64,000 bases of DNA from Candidatus Omnitrophota bacterium (GCA_041653795.1 JBAZER010000004.1:8493-72492), one strand, 5' to 3'. Shown: positions 50,979-63,577, counted from the first letter of the stretch. Translations and numbers: made by a program. Notes: generated by a model not told the origin, from the letters alone.

Positions 50979-50997
50979 ACGCGAATCCCGAGTCCCG
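50916..50997. repeat. family E palindromic repeat spanning the GT2 3' end
   Basis: CTTGTTCCTCGGGACTCGTCACTCGGGACTTGTTTTGGTTCCTCGTTTTTTACGAGTCCCTAGACGCGAATCCCGAGTCCCG. Confidence 0.7.
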
Positions 50998-51001
50998 ATT
51001 T

Positions 51002-52036
51002 TTAAATTTTATTAAATATCCACCCCAGCAAAATAACCTGCGGCAGGCTGATTGCGAGCATCCAGAGCGCAGTCCGGGGTCCCAGATTTTTCCACACAAG
51101 ACCGATCTCGGTTACGTCTGTCACTACGCCGCCCATCAGAAACGCGAACGCGTTGCCGAATGCGCCGGTCTGCTGATAGATCGTAAACGCAAGCGGCGAA
51201 GTCCCTTCCGAACAGACCTCCAGGAGCGTGGCCACCCCCATGGTCACCAGCAACCCCAAAAGCGTCGGCCCGAAATAGTGATGAAAACCATGCTCCGGCA
51301 CGAAGGTGGTGACCAGACCCCCCAGCACAATACCGACCAAGATCCACGGCAGCACCATTGCGGCAAGACTGACCGCGCCGCCGAACACCCCGTTGAACGC
51401 CTTCCAGAAGTTCTCATGACTGAACTCATGCTTCCGGAAACGCCGCAGAATATCCTGCCAGATCGAAAACCCTTCCTCCACCTCGACCGAGTGGCGGTTC
51501 TTCTCAATCCGCCCCGCGCGATCCAGGAACTGCATCAACAGTCCTGTGATCAAAGCGACTGCAATTGCCCCAAAAACGATCAAAAACGCCTTGATCCCAA
51601 AAAAACCAAAGAGAAGGATCGTGATAGGAAGGTTCGCCCAGGGGCTTGCGAGAAGAAAACTCACCACGGCAGGGCCTGAAGCGCCTTTTTTATGGATTTC
51701 CATCGAGATCGCGAGGATCCCGTGGCAGCAGGCGCTCATCAGGAATCCGAGTCCGACGGAATAAAAGATCGTCCTCTTTTTCGGGATCGACAGATGCTTG
51801 GAGATATATTCCTTCGGGACATAATGATCGATCAACCCGCCCACAAAAAATCCCGCCAGCACAGGCCAGAACATGATCCGGACATAATCCCAAAAGGTCC
51901 GGCGAAATTCTTCCATTGCGGGAAAAAGAAAGGACGCAGCAAGCAGCGCGAGTGTCAGTCCGCCGATAAGAAAAAACCCGGAAAAATACCACGGCTTTTT
52001 CTTATCTCCCTCCGCGCAGCAGGTCCCTTCGTTCAT
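51002..52036 (-). CDS. predicted permease (ArsP_1/DUF318 family)
   Basis: 344 aa polytopic; MSACCHGIL and EVCSEGTSPLA Cys motifs are typical of this family. Confidence 0.7.
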   Translation of the reverse strand: MNEGTCCAEGDKKKPWYFSGFFLIGGLTLALLAASFLFPAMEEFRRTFWDYVRIMFWPVLAGFFVGGLIDHYVPKEYISKHLSIPKKRTIFYSVGLGFLMSACCHGILAISMEIHKKGASGPAVVSFLLASPWANLPITILLFGFFGIKAFLIVFGAIAVALITGLLMQFLDRAGRIEKNRHSVEVEEGFSIWQDILRRFRKHEFSHENFWKAFNGVFGGAVSLAAMVLPWILVGIVLGGLVTTFVPEHGFHHYFGPTLLGLLVTMGVATLLEVCSEGTSPLAFTIYQQTGAFGNAFAFLMGGVVTDVTEIGLVWKNLGPRTALWMLAISLPQVILLGWIFNKI

Positions 52037-52383
52037 TAAAGATCCCCCTCCTCCATGTCCCTCTCCATTTCCTCAGACTCGGAAACGACTGGAGCCACCG
52101 CCGCTGGCGGGGCGGATGTTTTTTCCTTCGCTTCCATTTGAGCGATGTATTTCTCAGGCTCCTTCAGGAACGACGCCTTGCACATCGGGCAGCAAAGGCC
52201 GTAACGCTTGCCCTTGTAGATGACAAAATCATTTCCCGAGACAGGATCGCCCGAGACCGGACACAATTTGTTCCCGGCATCCATGATCCCCGTTTGAGTC
52301 GTTTCTTCTACGGCAAAAATTTTGGATGCTGTGACCGGCATCACGAACAGCAACAGCAACGTTAACACGATCAACCTTTTCAT
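52036..52383 (-). CDS. secreted YHS/TRASH-domain metal-binding protein
   Basis: ORF 52036..52410. Signal peptide MKRLIVLTLLLLFVMPVTA; CPVSGDPV...YKGKRYGLCCPMCKASF. Confidence 0.7.
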   Translation of the reverse strand: MKRLIVLTLLLLFVMPVTASKIFAVEETTQTGIMDAGNKLCPVSGDPVSGNDFVIYKGKRYGLCCPMCKASFLKEPEKYIAQMEAKEKTSAPPAAVAPVVSESEEMERDMEEGDL

Positions 52384-52677
52384 CTTAATCCTCCTCCTTT
52401 TTTTAAACATTCATTGCCTTGACCATCGACCGAAATCTCCAAGAGGATTTGAAAACATCAGGATCGCTGCGAGCATTTTCTTCATTGCATAGCCCTTTTT
52501 TGAAGCTTCATTCTAACCTCTCTAGTTATATATAAAAACTTTATTTTTCAGAACACGAAACTCGTAACCGGGTGCTCAAGATCTGCAAAGACCATAAACC
52601 AGATTGAGTTCCGAAAAACCAGCTCCCAGTTCTGTTTCTCTCTTGGCTTTTCCTTAAACCCGAATAGAATACAGCCC

Positions 52678-53358
52678 ATGAATCTGCTCGCCATTGAAAC
52701 ATCCAGCCCGGTCCTGAGCGTTGCCATCAAGAAAAGCGGGGCCAAGTTCCGCCACGCGACCGTCAAGGGCTACATGAAGCACGCCGAGAACCTTCTCCCC
52801 GTGATCGACCGGCTTCTCAAAAAAGAAAAACTGAAGATCCGGGAAATTGACGCTTTCCTGATCAGCCGCGGACCCGGGTCTTTCACGGGACTGCGCATCG
52901 GCTTCGCCACGCTCAAGGGCTTCCTCGCGATACGCCCCAAACCTTGTTACGGTGCTTTTTCTCTCGATGTGATCGCGGCCGGAATCAAGCCCGGGGGACA
53001 CACAAATCTCACAGTATGCTTGGACGCAAGACGTGGTAAATTTTATGTTCGTTCATATCGTTATTATGAAAAAAAATGGACTTCAAGCGGGCCGTCCCGT
53101 GTCATACCCGTCGACAAGATGGCTTCCGTGCTTCCCCGGGGGAGCTGGATCGCCGGTGACGGAGTCAACAAGTTCGAACCGAATGGTTGGGTGATAGCGC
53201 CTGAAAAGAGCTGGTACCCGCAGGCCTCCACTTTGATCACACTATTTGAAACAAAAGACCCGCTTCTTAAGAAACTGCTGTGCCCCAAGGAATTTTTACC
53301 GGTTTATTTGCGAAGTTCCGAAGCGGAAGAAAAACTGCAGGATAAAAGACATGCCTGA
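52678..53358 (+). CDS. tsaB: tRNA threonylcarbamoyladenosine biosynthesis protein TsaB
   Basis: 226 aa; LLAIETSSPVLSVAI and RGPGSFTGLRIGFATLKG. Confidence 0.85.
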   Translation: MNLLAIETSSPVLSVAIKKSGAKFRHATVKGYMKHAENLLPVIDRLLKKEKLKIREIDAFLISRGPGSFTGLRIGFATLKGFLAIRPKPCYGAFSLDVIAAGIKPGGHTNLTVCLDARRGKFYVRSYRYYEKKWTSSGPSRVIPVDKMASVLPRGSWIAGDGVNKFEPNGWVIAPEKSWYPQASTLITLFETKDPLLKKLLCPKEFLPVYLRSSEAEEKLQDKRHA

Positions 53359-54484
53359 GCTCACTCAAAACAGATCCGGGATCCAGCACAGCTCATGGAT
53401 CGAACTTCGCGCGGGATGTCTTCTCAAGAATCTCCAGACCCTTCGGAAACGATCCGGACAAACAGACGTTCTGGCGGTCGTCAAGGCGAATGCCTACGGC
53501 CACGGACTCGAAGAGATCGCGGGCATTCTTGCCGGGAAAGTCACCTATTTCGGCGTCGCCACTTTGCGGGAAGCACTGGAGCTGAAAGAGCATCATCCTC
53601 AAACCCCGGTTTTTCTCTTCGGCCATTTGTTTACGCATGAGCTCCCGGCGGCACTCTTGGGCGGCATTACTTTGAGCGTTTCAAGTCTTGAAAAAGCCTG
53701 GGAGATCTCGGACCTGTCGGAAAGCCTGGGCCGTAAAACTTCGGTCCATGTGAAGGTCGACACGGGCATGGGCCGCATGGGTATTCCGGTCCAAGAAGCT
53801 GCTGTTTCTATAAGAGAAATGACGAAACTCAAGGGGCTTATGCTTGACGGTGTTTATATGCATTTTCCGACCGCGGAAAAGGATGACGTGTTCCGGAAGA
53901 CGCAAGTTCTGAAGTTCAGGTCTTTGCTACAGACACTTGAAGAGAAAAACATCGTATTCCGGTTCCGCCATGCCAAAAACAGCGCCGCAACGCTGACCTT
54001 GAAGGATCCCCTTCTCAATATGATCCGGCCTGGCCTTACGCTTTATGGCATTTACCCCGACCCTAGCCTGAAAGGCGCGGCCTGCTTTGAACCGGTCCTT
54101 TCACTCAAAACTCGAATCGTTCTTGTCAAAAAACTCCGGGCCGGAGAATCTGTCGGATATGGCCGGGACTTTATTGCCAAACACGATACCACGATCGCGG
54201 TATTGCCTTTCGGTTACAGTCATGGTTATCCTTATGCGGCTTGGAAAAACGCTTCCGTACTTTTTAAAGGGAGGCGCTATTCCTTCGCAGGCAAGGTTTC
54301 CATGGATTATATCGCCGTGAACCTCGAAAATACCGAAGCCAAAGAGGGTGATATGGTCACACTCATAGGCGAGGACCAGGGTGAGCGCATTACAGTTGAG
54401 GATATCGCCGGATGGGCCGGGACTATTCCCTATGAGATTGTAACGCGCCTGAATGCCCATTTACCGAGAATTGTTATCCCTTGA
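53351..54484 (+). CDS. alr: alanine racemase
   Basis: ORF 53246..54484, start taken at MPELTQ. VVKANAYGHGL (PLP lysine), VDTGMGRMG, VSMDYI. Confidence 0.9.
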   Translation: MPELTQNRSGIQHSSWIELRAGCLLKNLQTLRKRSGQTDVLAVVKANAYGHGLEEIAGILAGKVTYFGVATLREALELKEHHPQTPVFLFGHLFTHELPAALLGGITLSVSSLEKAWEISDLSESLGRKTSVHVKVDTGMGRMGIPVQEAAVSIREMTKLKGLMLDGVYMHFPTAEKDDVFRKTQVLKFRSLLQTLEEKNIVFRFRHAKNSAATLTLKDPLLNMIRPGLTLYGIYPDPSLKGAACFEPVLSLKTRIVLVKKLRAGESVGYGRDFIAKHDTTIAVLPFGYSHGYPYAAWKNASVLFKGRRYSFAGKVSMDYIAVNLENTEAKEGDMVTLIGEDQGERITVEDIAGWAGTIPYEIVTRLNAHLPRIVIP

Positions 54485-54506
54485 CCCTTCCAACCTGCAC
54501 CCTGTA

Positions 54507-55082
54507 ATGGGAACTCAACCGTTGCCTATGTTTCAATTCATGATACGTCACATTTCCGAAGTTTCGTCGACCAATACCGTTGCACTGGAGGCAGCGAAAC
54601 AAGGCGCACGGGAAGGGCTTGTCATCACTGCGGATCATCAAACCGCAGGACGCGGCAAACCCGGGCGACAGTGGCTTTCTTCCGCGGGAAAGAACCTTCT
54701 TTGTTCGGTCCTTCTCAGGCCGCCACTCAGTCCGGCCCAATCCCCCATACTCACCCAGGTCGCCTGCCGGGCGGTTGCCAAGGTCTTAAAAGAGAAGTAT
54801 GATATTGCTTCAGAGTTCAAGCGGCCAAACGACGTCATGGTTGGGACACAAAAGATCTGCGGTATATTGGTCGAGGCTTTTTCCTCTTCATCGAAGCTGG
54901 AGGCCGTAGTCATCGGGATTGGGCTGAATGTGAATGCGGAGAGCACAGAGCTTCCCCCCGAGGGAATCTCTATGAGAGTTCTGAAGAAAACCGAGCATCC
55001 GATTGGTGAGGTCCTTGGTTACATTCTGGATGAATTGGGTCATAAATGTGATGAATTGTATAAAAATAGTGCACAAAAGTAA
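54507..55082 (+). CDS. birA: biotin--[acetyl-CoA-carboxylase] ligase (group I, no HTH)
   Basis: ORF 54453..55082. TADHQTAGRGKPGRQWLS (GRGRxGR-like) and KRPNDVMVGTQKICGILVE. Confidence 0.8.
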   Translation: MGTQPLPMFQFMIRHISEVSSTNTVALEAAKQGAREGLVITADHQTAGRGKPGRQWLSSAGKNLLCSVLLRPPLSPAQSPILTQVACRAVAKVLKEKYDIASEFKRPNDVMVGTQKICGILVEAFSSSSKLEAVVIGIGLNVNAESTELPPEGISMRVLKKTEHPIGEVLGYILDELGHKCDELYKNSAQK

Positions 55083-55164
55083 CCATCATCCCAAAATAGC
55101 CAATTTTTTAGACCTAAAGTGGTAAATCAATGTAGTTTGAGTCTGAGCTGTTTATAGACGGTGC

Positions 55165-55932
55165 ATGAAACGGAGAAACATGGTCAAGCGAATATTAGCG
55201 ATTGATATCGGGAACACGGCAGCTACGGTCGGATTCTATGAGGGCGGCCGTTTGCTGAAGTTTGGGTCGATGCATTATAACGATATCCCAAAATATGCTT
55301 CTAAATTGGCTCGTAGTGGTAAAAAAAGTCATTTGGATGTAATTATAAGCTCTGTATTCCCTAAAATTACTTCTTTTTTGAAATATAAATTAAAAGGCAT
55401 TAAAGAGTTAACGTTATGGGTAGTCGATGGCAATATTCCTATTAAAATACGACATAACTATAGTATTTACAATGAGTTAGGTGTTGACCGCAAGGTGAAT
55501 ATTTATGGAGCTGTCCGGATGTATCGTCTTCCCATGCTCGTGATTGACTATGGAACAGCCGTTACCTTCGACTATATTGACTCCAGAGGAGTTTTCCAAG
55601 GCGGAATGATCATCCCGGGACCTGAAACAGCCTATGGAGCACTTGGCCGGAAAGCTGCCCTGCTTCCAAAGAGACTTCCCATGCCGAAAAGGGCAAAATC
55701 CTTTCTCGGGAGGAGCACCCGCGAATGCATGGAATCCGGGATTCTCGAAGGCTATGGGGCTATGACCGATGAACTGATCCAGAGGTTCCGGAAGCGGTAC
55801 GGGAAGGGCGTGCGGGTCTTGGCCACGGGCGGTTTCGCCGAGGTGATCCACCCCTATACAAAACATATCGACACCATCGACCCCAGGCATTCCATCAAAT
55901 CTCTTCTCGCCCTTTGGCGGAATAGAAAATAG
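55165..55932 (+). CDS. coaX: type III pantothenate kinase
   Basis: 255 aa; ILAIDIGNTAATVG, VIDYGTAVTFD, GGMIIPG. Confidence 0.85.
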   Translation: MKRRNMVKRILAIDIGNTAATVGFYEGGRLLKFGSMHYNDIPKYASKLARSGKKSHLDVIISSVFPKITSFLKYKLKGIKELTLWVVDGNIPIKIRHNYSIYNELGVDRKVNIYGAVRMYRLPMLVIDYGTAVTFDYIDSRGVFQGGMIIPGPETAYGALGRKAALLPKRLPMPKRAKSFLGRSTRECMESGILEGYGAMTDELIQRFRKRYGKGVRVLATGGFAEVIHPYTKHIDTIDPRHSIKSLLALWRNRK

Positions 55933-56006
55933 TATGGCGTAACATATTACCGCTTTTGCGCCGCATACCGTACTTCTTACCACGTACAAATTTTTTAAAA
56001 TTCCTC

Positions 56007-56034
56007 TTGATTTTTTAGGCCCATTGACTACAAT
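56007..56034 (+). promoter_or_regulatory. candidate sigma70 promoter of groEL1
   Basis: TTGATT (56007-56012), 16-nt spacer, TACAAT (56029-56034). Confidence 0.4.
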
Positions 56035-56044
56035 AACGCCTCAC

Positions 56045-56071
56045 TTGGCACTCAGACTCGCCGAGTGCTAG
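56045..56071 (+). promoter_or_regulatory. CIRCE element (HrcA operator)
   Basis: TTGGCACTC-agactcgcc-GAGTGCTAG versus consensus TTAGCACTC-N9-GAGTGCTAA (16/18 arm positions, exact N9 spacing). Confidence 0.75.
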
Positions 56072-56105
56072 TCCGCATCGCATTTCATCTAACAACATCT
56101 ATTAA

Positions 56106-57782
<1,677 letters not shown>

Positions 57783-57792
57783 CGAATCCTTT

Positions 57793-57828
57793 TTAAGACC
57801 CGGTCTTACATTTAAGACCGGGTCTTAA
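57793..57828 (+). terminator. hairpin between groEL1 and groES (terminator/processing-site candidate)
   Basis: TTAAGACCCGGTCTTA-cat-TTAAGACCGGGTCTTAA; no clear T-run. Confidence 0.3.
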
Positions 57829-57877
57829 ATCGGTATGATTTAAAAAAACACATCATTAATTAAAAAGGAGATCCAAA

Positions 57878-58171
57878 ATGAAAGTCAGACCGTTGGCAGA
57901 CAGAGTACTGGTAGAAGTTCTTGAAGCGGAAGCGAAAACCAAGGGCGGCATCATTCTCCCTGACACCGCCAAAGAAGAAAAGACCGAAGGCAAGGTCGTC
58001 GCAGTCGGCGCGGGCAAAACGCTTGAATCCGGCAAAATCCAGGCCATCGAAGTAAAAAAAGGTGATCGTGTGCTTTTCGGAAAATATTCCGGCGACGATA
58101 TCGTGATCGATGGCACGAAACACAAGATTCTCAAAGAGAGCGAGATCCTCGCTGTTTACGAGAAAGAATAA
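57878..58171 (+). CDS. groES: co-chaperonin GroES
   Basis: 97 aa; MKVRPLADRVLV...GGIILPDTAKEK mobile loop. Confidence 0.95.
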   Translation: MKVRPLADRVLVEVLEAEAKTKGGIILPDTAKEEKTEGKVVAVGAGKTLESGKIQAIEVKKGDRVLFGKYSGDDIVIDGTKHKILKESEILAVYEKE

Positions 58172-58196
58172 TTCTGTTCGTCATCCTGAGTCTGAT

Positions 58197-58265
58197 GTCA
58201 TTCCCGCGAAAGCGGGAATCCAGTCTGGATTCCCGACCTGCCAGAAGCAGACGTCCGGGAACGAC
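58197..58265. mobile_element. family C double-hairpin MITE between groES and groEL2
   Basis: GTCATTCCCGCGAAAGCGGGAATCCAGTCTGGATTCCCGACCTGCCAGAAGCAGACGTCCGGGAACGAC. Confidence 0.7.
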
Positions 58266-58312
58266 GAAGCTCTCAGAACGACGATTTTTTTACAACCCTA
58301 AGGAGCACTAAA

Positions 58313-59941
58313 ATGGCAAAACTTATTTCGTACTCAGAAGAAGCGCGCCAGCGGATCAAACGCGGCGTCGACATCCTCGCAAGGGCTGTCAGCGTCACGC
58401 TTGGTCCCCGCGGCCGCAATGTTGTGATCGACAAGAAATTCGGCGCGCCGCTTGTCACCAAAGATGGTGTCACGGTCGCCAAAGAGATCGACCTGAAGGA
58501 CCCGTATGAGAATATGGGCGCCCAGATGGTCCGTGAAGTCGCCGAGAAGACTTCGGATAACGCCGGGGACGGCACCACGACCGCGACGGTCCTGGCCCAA
58601 TCCATTGTTTCCGAAGGCTTGAAAAATGTCACCGCCGGCGCCAATCCTATGGCCCTCAAGCGCGGCATCGACAAAGCCTCCGCGAAGGTTGTCGAAACGA
58701 TCAAGAAAATGTCCAAGGCCGTCAAAGGTAAGGAAGACATTACCGCCGTCGGCGCCATCAGTGCCAATAACGATCAGTCGATCGGTCAGCTTTTAGCGGA
58801 TGCTTTGGAAAAAGTCGGCAAAGAAGGTGTGATCACGGTCGAAGAGGCGAAGGGTCTCAAAACCGAGCTCGACGTGGTTGAAGGGATGCAGTTCGATCGC
58901 GGCTACCTGTCGCCCTATTTCGTGACTGATGCCGAGCGAATGGAAGTCGTCCTCAAGGAACCTTACATCCTTCTTTACGAGAAAAAAGTCAGCACCGTAA
59001 AAGATCTCGTGCCGGTGCTTGAAAAAGTGGCACGCCTCGGTAAGCCCCTTCTCATCATCTCGGAAGATATCGAGGGCGAAGCACTCGCAACCCTCGTGGT
59101 CAACAAGATCCGCGGCGTGCTTCAGATCGCGGCCGTAAAGGCCCCCGGATTCGGGGATCGCCGGAAGGCCCTGATGGAAGATATCGCGATCATCACCAAA
59201 GGTAAGTTCATTTCCGAAGATCTCGGCGTGAAGCTTGAGAACGTGGATCTTGAGATGCTCGGCACGGCCCAGCGCGTGGTGATCGATAAGGACAACACCA
59301 CGATCGTCGGAAGCGCGGGAACCCAGAAGGACATCAAGGGGCGCTGCGAGCAGATCAAGGCGGAGATCGAACGGTCCGATTCGGATTATGACAAAGAAAA
59401 GCTCCAGGAACGTCTCGCAAAACTTTCCGGCGGCGTCGCCGTCGTAAAGGTCGGCGCAGCGACGGAAGTGGAGATGAAGGAAATGAAGGCCCGCATTGAG
59501 GACGCGCTCCATGCAACTCGCGCGGCCATCGAAGAAGGCATCGTCCCGGGTGGCGGCGTGGCGCTTTTGCGCTCCATAGCCTCACTCGATGACGTGAAGG
59601 CCGGGGGCGACGAAGCCACCGGCATTCAGATCGTGCGCAGGGCGCTTCAGGAACCTGCCCGCAAGATCGCTCATAATGCCGGATTCGACGGCTCCGTCGT
59701 GGTGAAAAAGATTCTTGATAACAAAGGGGATTATGGGTTCAACGCGCTGACCTGCGAATTCGAGAACTTGGTCGAAGCCGAGGTCATCGACCCCGCCAAG
59801 GTCGTCCGCGTCGCGGTGGAAAACGCCTGCAGTATCGCAGGTCTTATCCTCACGACCGAATGTGTGATCGCAGACAAACCCAAAGAAAAAAAGGACGAGG
59901 ATAATAAAAAATCCTCCAACTATTCGGGCAGTATCGAGTAG
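58313..59941 (+). CDS. groEL: chaperonin GroEL (copy 2, non-GGM charged tail)
   Basis: 542 aa; [25 protein letters not shown]; C-terminus [21 protein letters not shown]. Confidence 0.95.
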   Translation: MAKLISYSEEARQRIKRGVDILARAVSVTLGPRGRNVVIDKKFGAPLVTKDGVTVAKEIDLKDPYENMGAQMVREVAEKTSDNAGDGTTTATVLAQSIVSEGLKNVTAGANPMALKRGIDKASAKVVETIKKMSKAVKGKEDITAVGAISANNDQSIGQLLADALEKVGKEGVITVEEAKGLKTELDVVEGMQFDRGYLSPYFVTDAERMEVVLKEPYILLYEKKVSTVKDLVPVLEKVARLGKPLLIISEDIEGEALATLVVNKIRGVLQIAAVKAPGFGDRRKALMEDIAIITKGKFISEDLGVKLENVDLEMLGTAQRVVIDKDNTTIVGSAGTQKDIKGRCEQIKAEIERSDSDYDKEKLQERLAKLSGGVAVVKVGAATEVEMKEMKARIEDALHATRAAIEEGIVPGGGVALLRSIASLDDVKAGGDEATGIQIVRRALQEPARKIAHNAGFDGSVVVKKILDNKGDYGFNALTCEFENLVEAEVIDPAKVVRVAVENACSIAGLILTTECVIADKPKEKKDEDNKKSSNYSGSIE

Positions 59942-59953
59942 TCAGAAAACTTA

Positions 59954-60031
59954 AAAGGGACGGCCCCTCCCATGGGGCTGTCCCTTTGCATTTTAGAAGC
60001 CGGTCTTCCTTTGGGGGGGCCGGCTTTTTTG
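59954..60031. terminator. two hairpins between the convergent groEL2 and histidine kinase genes
   Basis: AAGGGACGGCCCC-tcccat-GGGGCTGTCCCTT, and AAGCCGG...CCGGCTTTTTT. Confidence 0.5.
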
Positions 60032-60045
60032 CTATCCGTATAATT

Positions 60046-62538
60046 TCAGGATTTTTGGCCGTTTTGCTTCGGGAGAATCTCTCCGGGCTTTTCCTCGTAT
60101 TTCTGCTCTTTGGGCAGGACAAAGAAAAAGGTGGATCCTTTACCAAGCTCGCTTTCGACCCCCATCCGGCCACCGTGGGCTTCGACGATGCTTTTCGAAA
60201 TAGCAAGACCGAGCCCTGAGCCTTTTTCGGAGGAAGCCGTGGGCTTGCCAAATTGTTCAAACTTGTTGAAGAGTTTTGGAAAATTTTGGAGGGAAATACC
60301 GACACCGGTATCCTTCACCATGCAGCGGACTTCCCCGCCGAGGTCCTTTATCCCCACCGTGATCCTGCCAGTTTCTGTGAACTTGAGCGCATTGCTCAAT
60401 AAATTGGCCATCACTTGCGAGAGTTTGTCAAAATCACCCAGGATTTCGATTTTTTCAGTCGGAAAATCTTCCAGGACAGCGATCCCTTTTTTGTGTGCAC
60501 GAAGGGCAATCCCCTCGCAGGACTGCCTCACCAGAGATAGAAGATCGATCTTTTCATAATTCACCACGATTTTCCCGGACTCGATCTTCGCGAGATCCAG
60601 GAGGTCCGTCGTAATATGGATCATCCGATCCCCGGTTTGTTTAATAATCTCGATGTATTTTTTTTGTTCTCCCCCGACCGGACCTGCCAGGCCGTCCAGG
60701 ATGAGCGCCGCCGCTTCGCGAACTACCCCCAAAGGATTCCGGAGCTCATGTGCTACGATCGAAACAAAATCATCTTTGAGACGGTCCAGCCTCGCGAGAT
60801 CCAGGTTCTTCTTTTCCAGCTCCTGATAAAGAGCCTTGATCCCGTCATTCGCCTTCTGAAGCCCCCAGGACTGCATTTCCAATTCCTCTCGACGACCAAA
60901 AATCATCGCAGTCCAAAAAGCCAAGGAAGCCGTTAGTGTCAAACCCACCAACACCATGATCCACCCAGCGCGTATGGGATACAGATTTTTGAGTGCAGGG
61001 GACGGGCTGGCAATCAGTGAGAAAGTCTTGCCGAAAGCGAAGATCGGGTAGGCTATCGAAAATGACGCGGACTGCATTCCGCCGTCATCCATTTTCCGGG
61101 TTGATGCAAGTATCTCGCCGGGTTTGTCCGTGTGCAGTTGAAACAGATCCATGACGACAACGCCCGGTTCCGTTTTGCTTGTTGTGGCGATTTCCAACAA
61201 CGTCCCAAAACGCAATACGGCCACGGCAAAACCACGCAAGCGCTTTGCGGCGGCCCCTTCGGATACGGGCCAGTATACCAGCATTCCCTTCTGACCAGCT
61301 GTTTCCTGCACCAAGGTGATGGGGTCCGTGCTGGTTACGAGCCCTGTGAGTTTCGTCTTCTCGATCGCAGCGCGGCGGATCGCCTCCGAGCCAAGGTCGT
61401 AGCCGAGCGCACGCTCGTTGCCGATGCGAGGCGCCACATAGAGCACCGGATAGTAAACACGCCGGCCGTTAGCGGGAGCCCGGTTACCGGCCTCGTCCTT
61501 TTGCCATATTCCAAATTCAGACGGCCCCTCCTGGCGGACCTCCTGCTCAAAGCGGGATCTGGCCTCTTCAGGCACGGCGGGAATCCATTCCCAGGCTTGA
61601 ATCGCCGGGTTCTGGGTTAAAAAACCGGCAAATTTCTGAAATTCACTTCCGGAGATGTGCTGACTGCCTTCAAAAAATCGCGCCAGTGATTCCAGTTCGA
61701 TTCGAGACAAATTACGAAAGACTTCAGTAACACGGATAGCTTGAAATTGCGCGAATTTGAAGAATGCGTCGCGAAAGTGCCGACGTTCGCCTGTATGAGC
61801 CAGCCAGGCAGCGGCCAGAGTGAGCGTCACCCCGACCGCAACGGTCATCACAACTTCGGTATGCCGCCACCGCTTTTGGCGTGATTGTGCCAAACCGAAG
61901 ACGATGATGATTCCCATCAGGGTCAGGGTGAAGAGAAGGGGAAAGATTCCCGCGCGTGCCGCGGTCCATTTCCAGACACGCGCGTCGACATCCATGCCCA
62001 GTACAGCGACTACCGCGCCGGTTTTCGGGTCGGTCATCGGAACCAACCCCGAGACCCACACGCCCCACTGGTCGGAGACCGGGCCCTCGACGATCGAGGC
62101 CTTTGTGTCAAATATGCCAAGTAACTCTGCCGTGGCCTCATCAAAAACCTGTCCCGCCCAGGATTCATTCTCCGATCCGACTGGCTCGTTGTCCACAAAG
62201 AAGAACACTGTGCCGTCGGCCTTGCGGCCCAGGAGATAGACAAACCGGCATTGCGGGTTAGCCGAATGGATGGCAGCAAACTGTTCCTTGATCCGCAAAT
62301 AGTCGGGTGAACTGATATCCGCCTTCGTTCCCGAGAGGGCTTGGATCCGCTCGATCCCTATCGCACGCGCCACCAGTTGCGTCCGCTGAAGCAGGTCGGC
62401 GCGCATCTCGTGGTCGGCCCGCACGACCGCCCACCAGACAAACGGCACCCCGGCAGCGAAAACAGCCAGAAGGAGCAACCCTGCCGCCAGGTGTGGTTTT
62501 TTCTCCTTAGAAAAACGGGGTGTTTCTTTATCGTTCAC
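60046..62538 (-). CDS. sensor histidine kinase with periplasmic sensor and CHASE domains
   Basis: 830 aa; TM helices; CHASE-like segment (FAGFLTQNPAIQAWEWIPAV); H-box SIVAHELRNPL; HATPase N/G boxes LLSNALKF, DTGVGI, GSGLGLAISK. Confidence 0.85.
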   Translation of the reverse strand: MNDKETPRFSKEKKPHLAAGLLLLAVFAAGVPFVWWAVVRADHEMRADLLQRTQLVARAIGIERIQALSGTKADISSPDYLRIKEQFAAIHSANPQCRFVYLLGRKADGTVFFFVDNEPVGSENESWAGQVFDEATAELLGIFDTKASIVEGPVSDQWGVWVSGLVPMTDPKTGAVVAVLGMDVDARVWKWTAARAGIFPLLFTLTLMGIIIVFGLAQSRQKRWRHTEVVMTVAVGVTLTLAAAWLAHTGERRHFRDAFFKFAQFQAIRVTEVFRNLSRIELESLARFFEGSQHISGSEFQKFAGFLTQNPAIQAWEWIPAVPEEARSRFEQEVRQEGPSEFGIWQKDEAGNRAPANGRRVYYPVLYVAPRIGNERALGYDLGSEAIRRAAIEKTKLTGLVTSTDPITLVQETAGQKGMLVYWPVSEGAAAKRLRGFAVAVLRFGTLLEIATTSKTEPGVVVMDLFQLHTDKPGEILASTRKMDDGGMQSASFSIAYPIFAFGKTFSLIASPSPALKNLYPIRAGWIMVLVGLTLTASLAFWTAMIFGRREELEMQSWGLQKANDGIKALYQELEKKNLDLARLDRLKDDFVSIVAHELRNPLGVVREAAALILDGLAGPVGGEQKKYIEIIKQTGDRMIHITTDLLDLAKIESGKIVVNYEKIDLLSLVRQSCEGIALRAHKKGIAVLEDFPTEKIEILGDFDKLSQVMANLLSNALKFTETGRITVGIKDLGGEVRCMVKDTGVGISLQNFPKLFNKFEQFGKPTASSEKGSGLGLAISKSIVEAHGGRMGVESELGKGSTFFFVLPKEQKYEEKPGEILPKQNGQKS

Positions 62539-62840
62539 AGAAAACCACCTTTATTGTTTTGTCTCCACATTATCGCATATCCGCTGCACCCCGCGCCCAG
62601 GGACAACCTTTTCTCAGCCTCGCAGCACTTCCTGAAAAGAGGGCTAGAACACATAATTCTTCCCCAAAAAAAACCGAGGATTGCCTTGTACCGGTCAAGG
62701 ACCGGATGGGCGTTTTTGATATTCGTTGAACTTGGATCGAGGAATACGGGAAAAAACCCGAGAAGAGAGTGTCCATGAAGAAAAAAAGCGGCACCAAGCT
62801 TTTCGATCGGAAAAAACCCTGCCGTTTCAAAGAGATGCCC

Positions 62841-63209
62841 TCACACTGAAAGGATCTTTCGCACTGCTTGGGTCAAAACAGCCATATCCGAAGTCTTGAC
62901 CACGAAATCATCCGCTCCCATTTTGCGGGCCAGGACGGGATCGACCGCGTCAAGTTTCCCGGTCATCATGATCACCTGGGGTGGATGGGACCGGAACATC
63001 TTTTTGATCCTGCGGCAGGCATCAAATCCCGTAATGTCCGGCATCACCACATCGATCAAGACAAGGTCCGGAAGCGTCTGGCGGACTTTCTGAAGGGCAT
63101 CTTCAAAATTCAAGGACGCCACAACCGTGTATTCTTCTTCTTTCAGAGCCGCCGCGATCATTTCCTGGGCCAAGGGATCACTATCGATCACGAGAATATT
63201 TTTTCTCAT
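62841..63209 (-). CDS. single-domain response regulator (CheY-like receiver)
   Basis: 122 aa; ILVIDSD, DLVLIDVVMPDITG (phospho-acceptor Asp), KLDAV..K. Confidence 0.85.
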   Translation of the reverse strand: MRKNILVIDSDPLAQEMIAAALKEEEYTVVASLNFEDALQKVRQTLPDLVLIDVVMPDITGFDACRRIKKMFRSHPPQVIMMTGKLDAVDPVLARKMGADDFVVKTSDMAVLTQAVRKILSV

Positions 63210-63250
63210 CGGGTCCCCCTTGCTTTATCGAACGATTCCGGACAGCAAGA

Positions 63251-63577
63251 TCAAAAGAACGTATACACCACAAGCGTGATCGCCACAACCATCGTGGAAA
63301 TAGCGAGCAGAAAACAGCCGTCGCTTGTGTTCTCCAGGATTTTTTTAAACCGGGAGCGTCTTTTACTTTTGAGCGCGAGAAAGGAAACGACGCAGGCCGT
63401 CATAAAAACAATGGAATCAAAAGCCAGGATCTCATCCACGATTGTATTGGCCTTCTGGTTCGCGTTCATCTGGATCAGTTGAATGACCGTAAGACAAACA
63501 CCCACCATCGCCGCGGACACCGAGAACACATCCACCGAAATGCTCGCCTCGACTTCTTCTTTAACGGATGATTCCAT
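63251..63577 (-). CDS. hypothetical membrane protein upstream of the RR/HK genes
   Basis: ORF 63251..63655, start taken at MESSVKEE; three hydrophobic helices; no motif recognised. Confidence 0.35.
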   Translation of the reverse strand: MESSVKEEVEASISVDVFSVSAAMVGVCLTVIQLIQMNANQKANTIVDEILAFDSIVFMTACVVSFLALKSKRRSRFKKILENTSDGCFLLAISTMVVAITLVVYTFF